A program made the translations under genes and the position numbers. 64,000 bases of DNA, from positions 1,490,001-1,554,000 of the forward strand of contig NC_045697.1 of NCBI RefSeq assembly GCF_009834535.1, written 5' to 3'. This stretch comes from Camelus ferus (lineage: Eukaryota). Position 1 is the first letter of the stretch; the number at the start of each line of letters is the position of its first letter. Below the pieces are notes generated by a model. That model made no database searches and was not told where the DNA came from. It worked only from the letters and a program-made list of their open reading frames with translations. Below, piece after piece: positions 38,501-50,500 of this stretch.

Positions 38501-41500
38501 CCCCCCTGGGCTTTCAGTGATGGATTCACTCAGCAGCCCCACACTGGATCGAGGACAGGTTTATAGAGTCAAGTAAGATGCCCCACCCACCAGGCGTCTC
38601 ACCGTCCTAACGAAGGAGACAGACCGGTGTTCTCACTGGGTCTCTTGTGACCTCAGAAAAGAAGTGCCCTCAGATGGGTAGAAGGGGCGTGTGTAGTGGA
38701 AATGCAGTTCCTGGAAACCAGGGAAGCTGGGGACCGTTCTAGACAGCCCCCGTGCACCTGCCAAATGGAAGGAGGAACCAGCCATTTGTGCCTTCTTGAT
38801 TCACTAATCGTCTGAAGCTTTTCATCATCACTTAAATTTTATTGAATGAGACTTCACTGGACTGGTTTTGGGTGCTTTCTTAGTGGTAAAACCTACATTT
38901 TGAAACACCAACCAGTGGTTCTGAAGATTTTAAGCATAATGGTCTTTTTGTAATTCTAAAGTTGACAGACCTTGCTAGAAAAATTAACCAATTTTGCAAG
39001 TAATTTCAGGGGGTCCATGGCCCCCGTCAAGCATCACTTCGGCAGAGCACTGCCTTCCCGCAGGTGACTCCCTAAAGCCTTGAGGAGAGCGTCGTCGTGA
39101 GAAGGGGCGGGTGTGCAGGTGGAGGGTGGGGGCCTCTGCGCAGGCGGTCCTTGCCTTTCCGGCCTCACTCCTTCCTCTGGGGCCCCTTGTACACTCCCTC
39201 TCCCTGCTCTGCTTGTTGAACGTCTGCTGTTTCTCAGAAGTCCAAATCCAGGGCCACCTCCTCTGTGACAGCGCCTCCCTGTCTCCCTCCGGCTTGAGCC
39301 TGTGCACAGAGCAGTGACGAGAGCTGCTGTTGTGCTGCGGGACGGAGCCCGAGTCCAGGCCCTGGGCCAGCTCGAGTGGCCTAGCGCCTTCCTGAGCTCA
39401 CAGAAGTGCATTTGAACCACGCTTCTTGGAGCAAGTGACCAGCAATTCACGTAGAAATGTTTTCTTGTGGTTTGAAAAAAAGGTCATAAACTCTAAGCAC
39501 AAAATACAGCTATTTTGATCAGTGATTTATTTCATCTTCTTTGCTCATAGAGATATACTCACTTTGGTTTCCAGTGGTCCACCAGACCAGATACCCTGAG
39601 CTCTTCCTTCCTCCAAGGGAAACAACCAAAATACTGGGTAGCTTAAGCCAAAGAAGATAAAATCTTTTAAAACACATTGCTGACGTGACAGGAGAGGCAG
39701 GGAGCCTTGGAGTGAAGAGCAGATTGAAAGCTGGGATCCTGAGAAGTTCAGGTACTCAGGAGCCAGCATTCCAAAGATGCTTCTAGTCCTGGGAGTTAGG
39801 AGGCCCAGGCTGAGCCCAGCATGTAACGCTGGGACTGCAGCCTCTGCAAGGGTGAAGGAGAGGCCCCGCCCACTGGAGGGACAGGCAGGGCCTGTGCCCA
39901 CTGTGACCTCCGAGTAGGGAAGGGAGCTCTCTGTGTGCTGTGCTGTCTCCCAGGCCTAGAAGTTACTCTGCGGTGACCAGGGTGGCCAGTACATCAGGCC
40001 ACGTGCAGGTCACCTCTACAAGCAGTACTGTCGTGACATCCACAGAAACATAGTGATTTCTGTGGACTAGCGTCCAGTCCAGTTATCTCAAAAATCTCTT
40101 TGTGGTTGGGGTGTTCAAATCAGATTCAACAGTGTTCACAAGTTTACAACATCATCCTTCCAGACCTCCCCAGTGGTCAGTGCAGTGTAAGAACTGACAG
40201 AGCTGAGATTAGCTTCGAAGTCTGTGTCTCAGAGACTCAGCATTTTTGGACCTGGGCCCATTTAAATTTAAAAAGTGAGAGCCCCAAATAGCTTTTTTTA
40301 ATCTATCAATATTTTTTTATGGTGAAATTAAATGGAGAAATTTAAATATATTTATTAAATTGCTTTGAAATTAATAGCCCATTACATAACATAGATAGCA
40401 TACTTTAAAATAAAAATGTCTTCCGAAACATTTAATAAGGAGAGGGACATGTTTTACATGTTTGCAAATCTCTGTCGTGTCCGGCTCGGTAGAGGACACA
40501 TGGACTCTCATATCTGCTTCTGCAGTCAGTCATAGGTTGTTTTGGTTGAAGTTTTTGAAGAAAATTGGGCCTCACACAGAAATGTATTTGGAAAAGGGAG
40601 GAATATTTAAATAGACTTTTCAGATCGCTGTGGACATTCTTTTTTGAGAGTCCACCAGAGCCCAGGTGTGGCCTCTTTTTTTTTTTTTTTTTTTTTCAGT
40701 TTGGGGGAAGGTAATTAGGTGTATCTATTTATTTTTAATGGAGGCACTGGGGATTGAACCCAGGACCTAGTACATGCTAGGCATGTGCTCTACCACTGAG
40801 CTGTGCTCTGCCCCAGGTGCTTCTTAACAGTTGCAGTGTAGAATCTGAAACCGTGTCGCTGAGCTGTGCGGACCCTGTTCCATCACAGTCCACAGGTGTA
40901 GCTCCTAGAGGGTCTGCACACGCTTGGTTCTGTAATATCAGTCATCGGTCGTTTGGGAAATCCTGCGTCTTCCTGACGATACGCAGTGTCATGTCTGGCA
41001 ACATGATGTTCACTGTAAACACTGACCTTTGCCACCACCCTGGTCCTCATCAGAAGGGTCTTTAACATGGAGAAGCTTCAAGGCCAGTGACAGGTGCAGG
41101 TTTTCCAAAGTTCTCATTATCACTTGAAAGCTCAGATTTTATGATTGGCCAAAGGTAGGCATTGGTTGTTTTCCTTGAAGCAGCAAGTCCACTTGCTGAG
41201 CAAACCCTGCCAGCTAAGTCTCTGAGAGGTCGCTTAGTTTCTCTGGGCATGACACCTCTCCTGACTCTGCAGAGCGTGGGACACGTCTGGGCTTAGAAGA
41301 GCGTCTTCAGAAGCGGGGAGATGCCCCCCCTAGGCTGCTGATCACGGCGTTTGAATCTCCTTCCGCAAGGACAGGAGAGCCTTAGGTACCCTGCTGTTCC
41401 TCGGGGTCTGCTGTAGGAGTCGATTCTGCTAAACACCTTCTCTTCCCTCTTCCAAACCCCCCACAGCCTCTGCGGGGAAGGTGGGGAGAGTTAGTGGTTT

Positions 41501-44500
41501 GGATGGAAAGCCTGGCCCTGTGGTCCGTGAGCCTTTCCTCCTGCCTCCAGCTGGGGCGGCACAGACTCCACCGTCCCCACACAGGCTTCCCTGTCTTAGC
41601 GGCCGCGGCAGCGCCCCTCCTGCAGACCCGGGCTCCCCAAACCCTGGGCAGGCTGCTCAGCCTGTGCATGGGCACGCAGCACCAAGTTCAGGGTCATGGC
41701 GGGCGCCGGGGGCGCCACACGTGGGAAGCACTAAGAACAGCGTGTGGCCAGCAGGGGGTGCTCCTCACTGCAGGTGTTGTCCCAGCTTGCTTTCTGTTTG
41801 GAAAACCAATATTGGGGTCTGCTTTTCTCCTTGCATGCCTCATCTGGAGGCATGATTTCAGATTTCATAAAAATTCCTGAACATCTTCATCAGTCAGTCT
41901 TCATGTGTAGTTAATGTGAACCCCAAAACCCAGGGCCATGGCCCCATCCCTGCAAGTGATGTAACTCAGTGCCCAGGGTTGCTCACAGGCTGGCAGGCAG
42001 GGACTGCTGACTCGGCCCCATGACTTATGGGGACAACCCGGCGAGGCCTCGGCCCCCCTCTCTCCTCTGGTCCAGGGCCGAGTCTGGCTGCTGCCTTAGC
42101 TCCTGCCCGTTCTTTGTCATGGACACAAGTCATAAATTGGACCGCCGTCTACTGCTCGTCCCCCAGGGACTCCCGGCAGGCAGGGACCTGCTGGTGTAGT
42201 TCCTGTGTCCCCGTGCCCGGCACGGTGCCGGGCAGACAGAGTGGTCTCCGCTCAAGGCTGTCATGTCCTTTACACGCTTTGTCTGTGGCTGTGTCATTAT
42301 TACAGCACGTTCTGAAGTAGTATGCTGGTAATAGGATGGTCTCATCCAGGCCTCAGGCCCAGTTTATTGGTTCCCGGGCCCTGGGCTTCTGCCAGTGCTG
42401 AGCAGTGGCTCCAAGAGATGCTGCGTTTGAAACGGGAGTGGTGAAAGTCAGATCTGGGAGGCACTGGTGTTCTGGTAAAACTGCAAGCACTGACAGAATT
42501 GAGGGTTTGAGGTTCTCTGCGGGTGTCATAAATTTCTGGCTGAATCTGTCTTTATGGTTCGTGAGTGTAGACGGGGACTGTAACTAGTGGAGCCAGCGTG
42601 CTCTCAGCAGCACCCACAGGTGTTTGTGTTCAGGAGTGGGAGGTGGTCACTGAACTTACGCTCTCAGCCCCTGTGTCTGCCGGTCGTCAGGTGACAGACA
42701 GTGGCGTCTGCACGGGTAAGTCGTTTCCTGACCTCTCCCGGTGCCCTCGTTCCGGCTCAGCTGGGTCAAGTTGTGAACAGGCACAGGCCCTGAGTGTGGC
42801 GGCTGTGCCCGGTGCAGCGCGGAGCCAGGAGCACTGTGCACACCGGTCGTCCAGGTGGGGAGTGTCCACCCCGGACGTGCGGGGACTCAGCACGGATAAT
42901 GTGTGAGTAGCTTACAGATGGGGAGTGTGGGTCTGCACGAGCGTGGTTGCGCAGGATCTGTGGAAAGTGAATGCTGCACTTGGAAAAGGTAATTGAGCCT
43001 TCTGCCCTGGTCACCCAGTGTTGAGGGCAAATGGGCAGCTGTCTTGATGTCATTCTCATGGCTGAGACCCTCCCGAATGTTTAAAAGTTGTTGTCTAAAG
43101 TAACCGATGAGGTTCATTTATCAGGGAAACGGAAGACCTGGCCTTTCACTGAGTGTCACTAGTGGGGAAGTTACTTGTGTCTCTCAGAATGGGAGATTTC
43201 TCAAGACAGGCATGGAAATGGTTGTCCTTCAGTGTCAAAGGACGTGTGTGCGTTTACGTTGTTTGGAAGAAGGGCTTTTGATACAGTTTGGAAGCGCGGC
43301 TGTGAAAAATGGCCGTCAGATTTGTGCACTGGTTTCTCTCTCTGTCTCCCCCCCGGTGCCTTGCCCCCCTTTCTTTTGTGTTGCAGTTTTAGAAGTGGGG
43401 CTGGCTGGGCCCAGGTCCGCGTGGTCAGATGCCCACACCGGAGTGCACTTTGGGCCACACAGTAACAGCTCCTCACGAACAGAATGTTCTGGGCCTGGAA
43501 GGAGCGGGGCGGGGGGAGGGAGCCCTTCTGGGACTTTTTCGGTCTTTAATTAGTGCATCTCCGATTTCTTTATTTAACTAGGAAAACGAACACTTGAAGA
43601 AGTTCCAGGTGACGTGGGAACTGCATAATAAACACCTCTTTGAAGACCTGGTCTTCTCGGAGCCGCTTCTCCAGAGCAGCTTGCCAGCACTCGTGTCGCA
43701 GATCAGGTACTTGGTCTTAATCTGCGTGTGTCCTGCTAGGTGACAGTGCGGACCTTTGCCCTGGGTGCAGCAGGTGTGTGCCTGAACACCACTGCAGGGG
43801 CACTCCTCACCAGAAAGTTACCAGCTTAGGGGAAAATATAGTTTGGGTAGAAAGCTCAAAACCCAAAGAGTAACACGATTAAACTTTAAAATAACAAACC
43901 CACTAGGATCTAACACCACAGATTCCTCATGAATAAGGAAAAGCTGCCGTAGATGGAGCATTTTACCTGACAAGACTCAGGCTGTGCCAGGTGGCTGTGG
44001 TGTGGTCTATACTGGGGACATGCGGTGGGGGGAGGAGGGGAGGGCTCCAGCAGGGGTCCAACGGTGCCTAGGGGCTCCTGGGTGCTGGGGGTAGGGTCAG
44101 ACACGCCGTCATGCCTCTCGGACGTTCCCTCCCCGTTGTGGCTCATGGCTTGGGCTCTTCTTGCTGGCGTAGAGCATCCATGGGGCTTCCTCAGGTGTGT
44201 CCAGCGAGTGTTCTGGTACATCACTCGGGGTCGTTAGCCCTGGTGATGGGGACGTAGGTTTCGGCTGGGGCCGTGTGCTCCCAGGTGGCTGCAGTTGGCG
44301 GGAGGAGGCTCCCCCGGAGCCCTGGGGCGGTGGCTTGGTTCCCTGTCTGCACACGTGTGAGCGGATCCCTGGCCTGTGGGTGTGTCACGGGAGGACAGAC
44401 TGCAGTCCTCTTTACTTAAATGTGCGTACTGAGATGTAGTGGGGCAGACTCACGAAGAAAGGAAATTATTTCTAAGAAAATAAGTGATTGTTGCAGTTAA

Positions 44501-47500
44501 CTTACACACGACTTTTTTTTTTTCTCTCGAAACCCATGTATCAACCCAGTCTTTGTTTTCTGTATTCCTAAATCCTCTTTGAGGGGTCCTAACCCGCCCC
44601 ACTTCCCAGCCTCACCTCTGGAGAAAGAATAAGGGAAGGAGGATGGGGGTAGAGAGGTCAGAACACAGCGCTGTGCGGCGTGGCCTGCACTCTGCATGGC
44701 TCCTGACCCTTCCCTCATCCCCTGCATTGCAGGGCTGGTGCTTCACGCCCTCTTCCCTTCTGCGTCCACTTCCAGGCGTCTGTCACAGTCCACGGTAGGT
44801 GCACAAAGACCTGAGTGTTCCAACCGTGACCCTCAGAGAAGAAGGAGTCAGGAGAGTATTCAGTCTTGATATTGGAACACAGAGCACTGTTTTGTCCCCA
44901 GTTACGAAGTTCAAATCCACCAGAAGCACTTTTTACAAAAAGACATGCATCTTGTGGGGGGGTCCTTACAGCAAGATCCAGGGTGTACAGCCTGTTCTTT
45001 TTCTGATGAGCCAGTGGGTTTGACGGGCTGCTCGTCAGACTGGGTGGGTGGGTGGCAGAAACCTGCACTGCAGTATGAGACTCCATGTTTCTCTGCTCTG
45101 GGTCTGGATTTCTCATTCGCTCGTTGCTAATGGTCAGTGTCCAGACGTGAGCAGTGTTCTGGAGTCTCCGTGTCAATCCTGTGCTCAGGCTGCAGTACCG
45201 CTCTCAGGAGGGTCGGCGGGGGCAGGCAGAAGCCCGGGTGAAGGCAGGCAGAGCGTCCCCAGGAGGCCGGGGCACCAGAAGGACGTGGCCCTCCAAGTTC
45301 CCCGCGAGACGCCCTTGTTGGACCCGAGAAGAATTCAGATTTGAGCTGCTCAGTTTACAAATACCCACTTAACAACTCCTAAAAAGTGACAAGGCAAACA
45401 CAAACGCCACGCCCGACAGCAATGACTGCGCCCGTAGTGCGCAGGATCCGTAGTGGTGAGTGTTTCAGTGCTGACCCTTTGTCTCTGCACCTGTATCTTG
45501 TTTCTTACAAACTCAAATACAGATACAGAGAACTACACCAAATAAATGTATAATGGATCAGTGGATTAATGAACTGGTAGTAGATGGCATTTCCTAGCTG
45601 CCTCTGGGAGGCAAGTCCATCTGCGCCCCGCCTCGCCCAGAGCCGGCCCACAGGTGGCCGGCGCGGCAGCGCTGCCCTTCCCTGGCTTTACTCTCTGAGT
45701 GGTCGTGTGCATTTCCAAAGTCTTGCCTGGATTTTTTATTTGATGTATCTTAAAAAAAATTTTTAATATGAATGATATACCCAAAGGTTGACCTCATTTA
45801 AAATAATGGATTTAATTTAGGAAAGTTATTTCTCTTTCTGTTTTTTAACAGCTTTATTGAGAGACAGCTCACATGCCGTACAATCACTAATTTAAAGTGT
45901 ATGATTCAGCGGCTGTTGGTATATTATTATTTTTTTTAAGTTGTGGTAAAGTATATATAACATAAAAATTGCCAATTTAATCATTTTAAGTGTACAAATT
46001 CAATAGCATTAATTACGGTCAGAGTGTTGAGCAACCACTGCCAGCATCTATTTTCAAAACTTATTTGTCACCCCCAGACAGAGACTCTGTCACCGTTAAG
46101 CATTGACCTCCACTCCCCACCCCCCCCATGTCTTTCTAGATTCTTTCATCTGCAGCTCCCTCAGCCCCACCCCTTTCCCTTACAATTTACCTGTGAGGGC
46201 GCCTGCACCGGCCATCCTGCAGTGATGCCAGGTGTGGTCCTGCAGCGACACCCTCGCAGCGCTGCGCGGGCTGCAGTCTGTGCTGCCTGAGAGTTAGTGG
46301 TGGACCCAGAAGCCCCTCTGGACTCTGCTCCTGTCCCTGTGGCTAGACCAGGAGCCCATTTGTCTCCTTATTCATTGTGGTGGCTTTAGTAGTTGCTGTG
46401 CAGTTTGGTCTGTATTTTAAATATATGTTCATTGCTAAGGGAATCTTAATTGGGCTTGTGAATAAATTTACACAATGCAGACTGACTTTATTTCACTTTC
46501 CTTGTCACGTGCACGCTATTTATAATAGATGCTGCTCCCCATTATGTGCTGCTGTTTGCAGAGTGAGTGTTGAGATAGAAACTTGTTTGCTGGCCCACTG
46601 ATGTCATTTGACCCTGAGGACATTTTCTGGTAGCTCCCTGCTTCCCCTCTGGATTCCACCAGCTTCACTTGCACGTGAGCCCTGTTCCTGCGGGTTGTGC
46701 TCTGAATCCCCCAGCAGAGAAGCCCCAGGCCCCCGACGGCTTGCTGTCCTTGGGCTCTGAATAGGCTCTGCAGCGTGGTGTGGGGAGGGGCCAGGCTGAC
46801 GCCGGCGCCCCTTAGCACCCGTTTTACAGGGGGTCCAGGAGGCATGGTGGCGTCATGTGGAAGGTGGTTTTGCATGAAGAGTGGAAATCAGTCTGCGATG
46901 AGCCAGGGTTGCAGAAGCAAGGCATGGGGAGAAAGCCACTGCCACGGGGGCTCCTGTGCAGCGAGACACAGGACCACGCGCTCGGACCTGGGGTGCCCCC
47001 TGCTGTGTGGAGCCCGGAGGAGCCTCCCAGAGGCCCTGGATTCTCTGTCTTGAAGAGTTTTGTTTCCTGGGGGCCGAAACAGCCTTAGGAGAGCCATCTT
47101 GGTGTTTGAACGAGCCCCCCTCACCCTGTGGGTCGCTGTCAGTCCCTTTCCTGGTTCTGGGCTTCCCTGCACACCTTCTCAGTGACACTGACATCTGCGG
47201 GCCCCTTTTTGAAGGGAATCTCACAGGTGGACGCGGTGTAGACAGCTTCAGCAGGCACAACTCTGCTGCGTGATGTGCGTCTTTACGCGGTGGTCACGGG
47301 TGGAGGGGGAGCTGTCTACACCCACTGGGAGGTCCTTGTTTTAAAATCACTGAGTTGTTTATCTTTATTATCAAGTTATTAGATTGTTATTGCAATAAAA
47401 TTCTGAAAACAAAAGAAATCATGAAAAGAGGTAGGTACTATGAACAGTTTGGTGCTACTTTTAGATTTTTTCCATTGTCCACGCATCCCTGCCTGCCCCG

Positions 47501-50500
47501 ACACACACGTTTTTAAACTTGGTGACGCAGTCTCATCTTAACAACTTCCCACGGTGCGTTTCCACTTCAGAGTGTGTGTAAGTGCACGCGTGTGTCCAGG
47601 TGTGAATGAGTGGGTGTGATTTAAAGTCTGTCCGGCCTGGGGCGTCCCCGGTTCCTGGGGCGTGGCTTCCAGTTCTGCGTAAACAGCGCTGGTTATTAAC
47701 CCTGCACGTCTCTGTGCTCTTGAGTGACGATACGTGTGGTAAGGATGTTATGAGGTCTTCACTGTCATTATTTTGGTTCACATGTTGACATATATTGGGA
47801 AACTGGTTAAATCCTGGGAAACTGAATGCTTTCTGAAGATAAGCTGCCTGTGAGCCCGCCCTCCCCTGCTCTCCGCTTCCTCTCACACGCCTCCCTCTTC
47901 TCCAGAACCCGGGGTGTTCCCCTGTATGTGCGTCTTTTGTTTTCTGTTTGTGTTTTCATTTGGCATCTTTCCATCTTTCTTAAGATAAATAGTATAGCAT
48001 AAGTAAAACTGTATTTTTTTTATTGAATTGAATTTCCTGTTTTACTTAATTTGAAGACCAGGTCCAAATTTCATGTTTCTCATTAAACGCTTTCTCTGGA
48101 TCAGTGTACCTCAGGAAAGGAAGCAGGTCACAGCCCCACAGGGAGTGGCTGAATCTCCAGACCCTAGTCTTTTGAGGACAGTGTTGTGCACCCCTCACTA
48201 TGTTTCTGAGGAGCTGTCACTTGTTTGGGCTTCTTCTTCAGGCCAGACCCTGTCCCGGTGCCTAACGTGTGTACCCCTCCTCCCTCCCAGCAGCCCGTCA
48301 CTGTGGGAGGGGAGGTGGCAGACGGAAGCACACCTCTGGTCTCTGGCCCAGAGCCTCAGGCCCCTCCCTGTGTTGACCGGCCTCTCTCCCCAGGCTGGGA
48401 ACCACGACCCACGACACCTGCAGCGAGGACGCGTACAGCACCTTGCTGCAGCGCTACCAGCACTCTGAGGAGGAGCTGCGCGGCGTGGCCGAGGAGTGGC
48501 TGGAGTGCCAGAAGAGGATCGACGCCTATGTGGACGAGCAGGTGGGTGCGTGCCAGGGGCTGGGGGTGTGCGTGGGGTCTCCCCACTGCTGCTCTCATTC
48601 CATGCTGCCCCGGGCACAGCCGCTGTCCCTTGTACAGGCTGCTTCCAGGCTCAGTGCTGCCTGCAGGGGCTTCTGGGGCCTTGGGGAGCTGCTGCACCTT
48701 GGCATTTCAGGAATCATTTACTGAACACTCTGCCACTCAGAGCCTGGGACACACGGCACGTGTGGCCTTCAGAGCCCATTCTCCATCTGTCCCAACATCT
48801 CAGACACGCACAGATGGCTGTGTCTGCTGGCTGTTTCCAGGGATGGAGAGAGTGGAGAAGGCAGGCGCCCCTGTTGGAGACAGGGCCTGAGGGCAGTGTA
48901 GCTGGGCAGCCAGAACTTCGGGGGGCACAGAACAGGGCTTCCAGATGGCACCCCACTGCCTGCCCTGGCCTGCCCATCTTTCTGAAACCACTGGGAGGGT
49001 CGGGCAGGGGAGACATTCAGAGTGGGCCTTTTTTAAGGTACAGGGTATGAGGAATAATAAGGAAATGGTGACCGAGCTCCGTATTATGCTTTTGAGACTA
49101 CAGGCAAGCAGAACCCTGGTTCTGGCTTACGATGTGTGCTGGTCCACTGGGGTCAGTGGTGCCACTTGACAGCAGGCTGCGGCCCCTCTGTCTCACCGTC
49201 ACCATCCAGGTATGGGGTGAGGCTGGGCAGTAGGAAGGTTCAGGTGTGTTCTCGGTGCTTCCCGGGACCCTGTCTCATTCCAAGTGGCTACAGCAGTCCT
49301 CTCTCTGCAGCTCCAGGGACCAGAACTATAGGTGGTCTGTTAACTTGGGAGAATTTTTCTTACCATAGTCTCGGCATGATACCGGCTTTAACCTCTCTGT
49401 CGGGCAGGGGGCCAGATTCCAGCTTGGTAATGGTACGGAGTTCAGCACTACTGGGCTCGTCCCAGGCACGTGGTCCCCGGACTCACAGGTCTGCTTGCGC
49501 CGTGCGCTCGGCCTCCCCCACGGTCCGTACGTGGGCCCCGTGTGGCCACCCTGTTCCTGTGACGTGCTCCCCTCTATCCTGCGGCCTGAGGAGGGGGAGG
49601 CGTGGAGAGCACTGGCTGTTCTGCTTCCTTAGGGGTGAGTGTGTAGTGTGTCCATCCGTGTGTCTGTCTGTTTCACAACCAGAGGCCTGTTCCCCAGCTG
49701 TGGCTTGTCACTAACGCCTCAGCTTAGGCCTCTGTGGGAGCAGCGCTGCTCCACGTTCTCCACTGGTGGCAGCGTAGCAAACGCTGGAGTGGGGCCAGGT
49801 TGCTTGTGCAGCCTCCACGTGGACCTGCAGCCGCTTGACCGCATGAGGCCTTGTGCATCCGGGCAGCCAGCAGCAGAGCCGCTCAGAAGCAAAGGAGCAG
49901 AACGCCACCCTCCCCTCTGCTACCTGCACACATGACAGCCCATTTTTAGCAGCTTGCTGTTCAGGTGGGAGAGGAAATAGGAGCCAGGAGGGGAGAGTGG
50001 TGCACAGGGACCAGTTGCAGCGCCTTTTCCGGTACTGGGTATGAGATCTCGAAGCCAAACCGTGTCACCAGTGTGTAAAACGCCCTTGGGGTGTGCTGCT
50101 CAGGTCCCGTGGAGGACCCTGAATGGCGTTTGACCCTGGGCTCTGCCCCAGATTCATTGTGAACCTCAGCCAAGCCTTTCCCCCTGTCCTGGACCTTAGT
50201 CCGCCACTTATGAAATGACAGAATCAGATTAGATGATGTTTTACTTTTATTTGAGCCTTTTGTATTTTATAATTCTAATACAGTTTTTTCATGTGTTGTT
50301 ACTAAAAAGCAGAAGAACTACAGTAAATACTCCTTGTGTTGTGAATTGGGCTGTACTGAGCTAGTTAATGGGTCCCCTATAGAGACAATCCCTTGGCAGT
50401 GTAGTGTGGTTTATTGAGGATACAGAGGTAAAGGGAGAGGTGGAGAGCTCTGATTGCCTGGGATGTCAGGTCATCAGTTCTCTGTGAAGGAGGGACCCTC

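Noticed and set aside
43627..43632. AATAAA inside exon E
   Set aside because: It encodes Asn-Lys within HNKH; no sign of use as a poly(A) signal.
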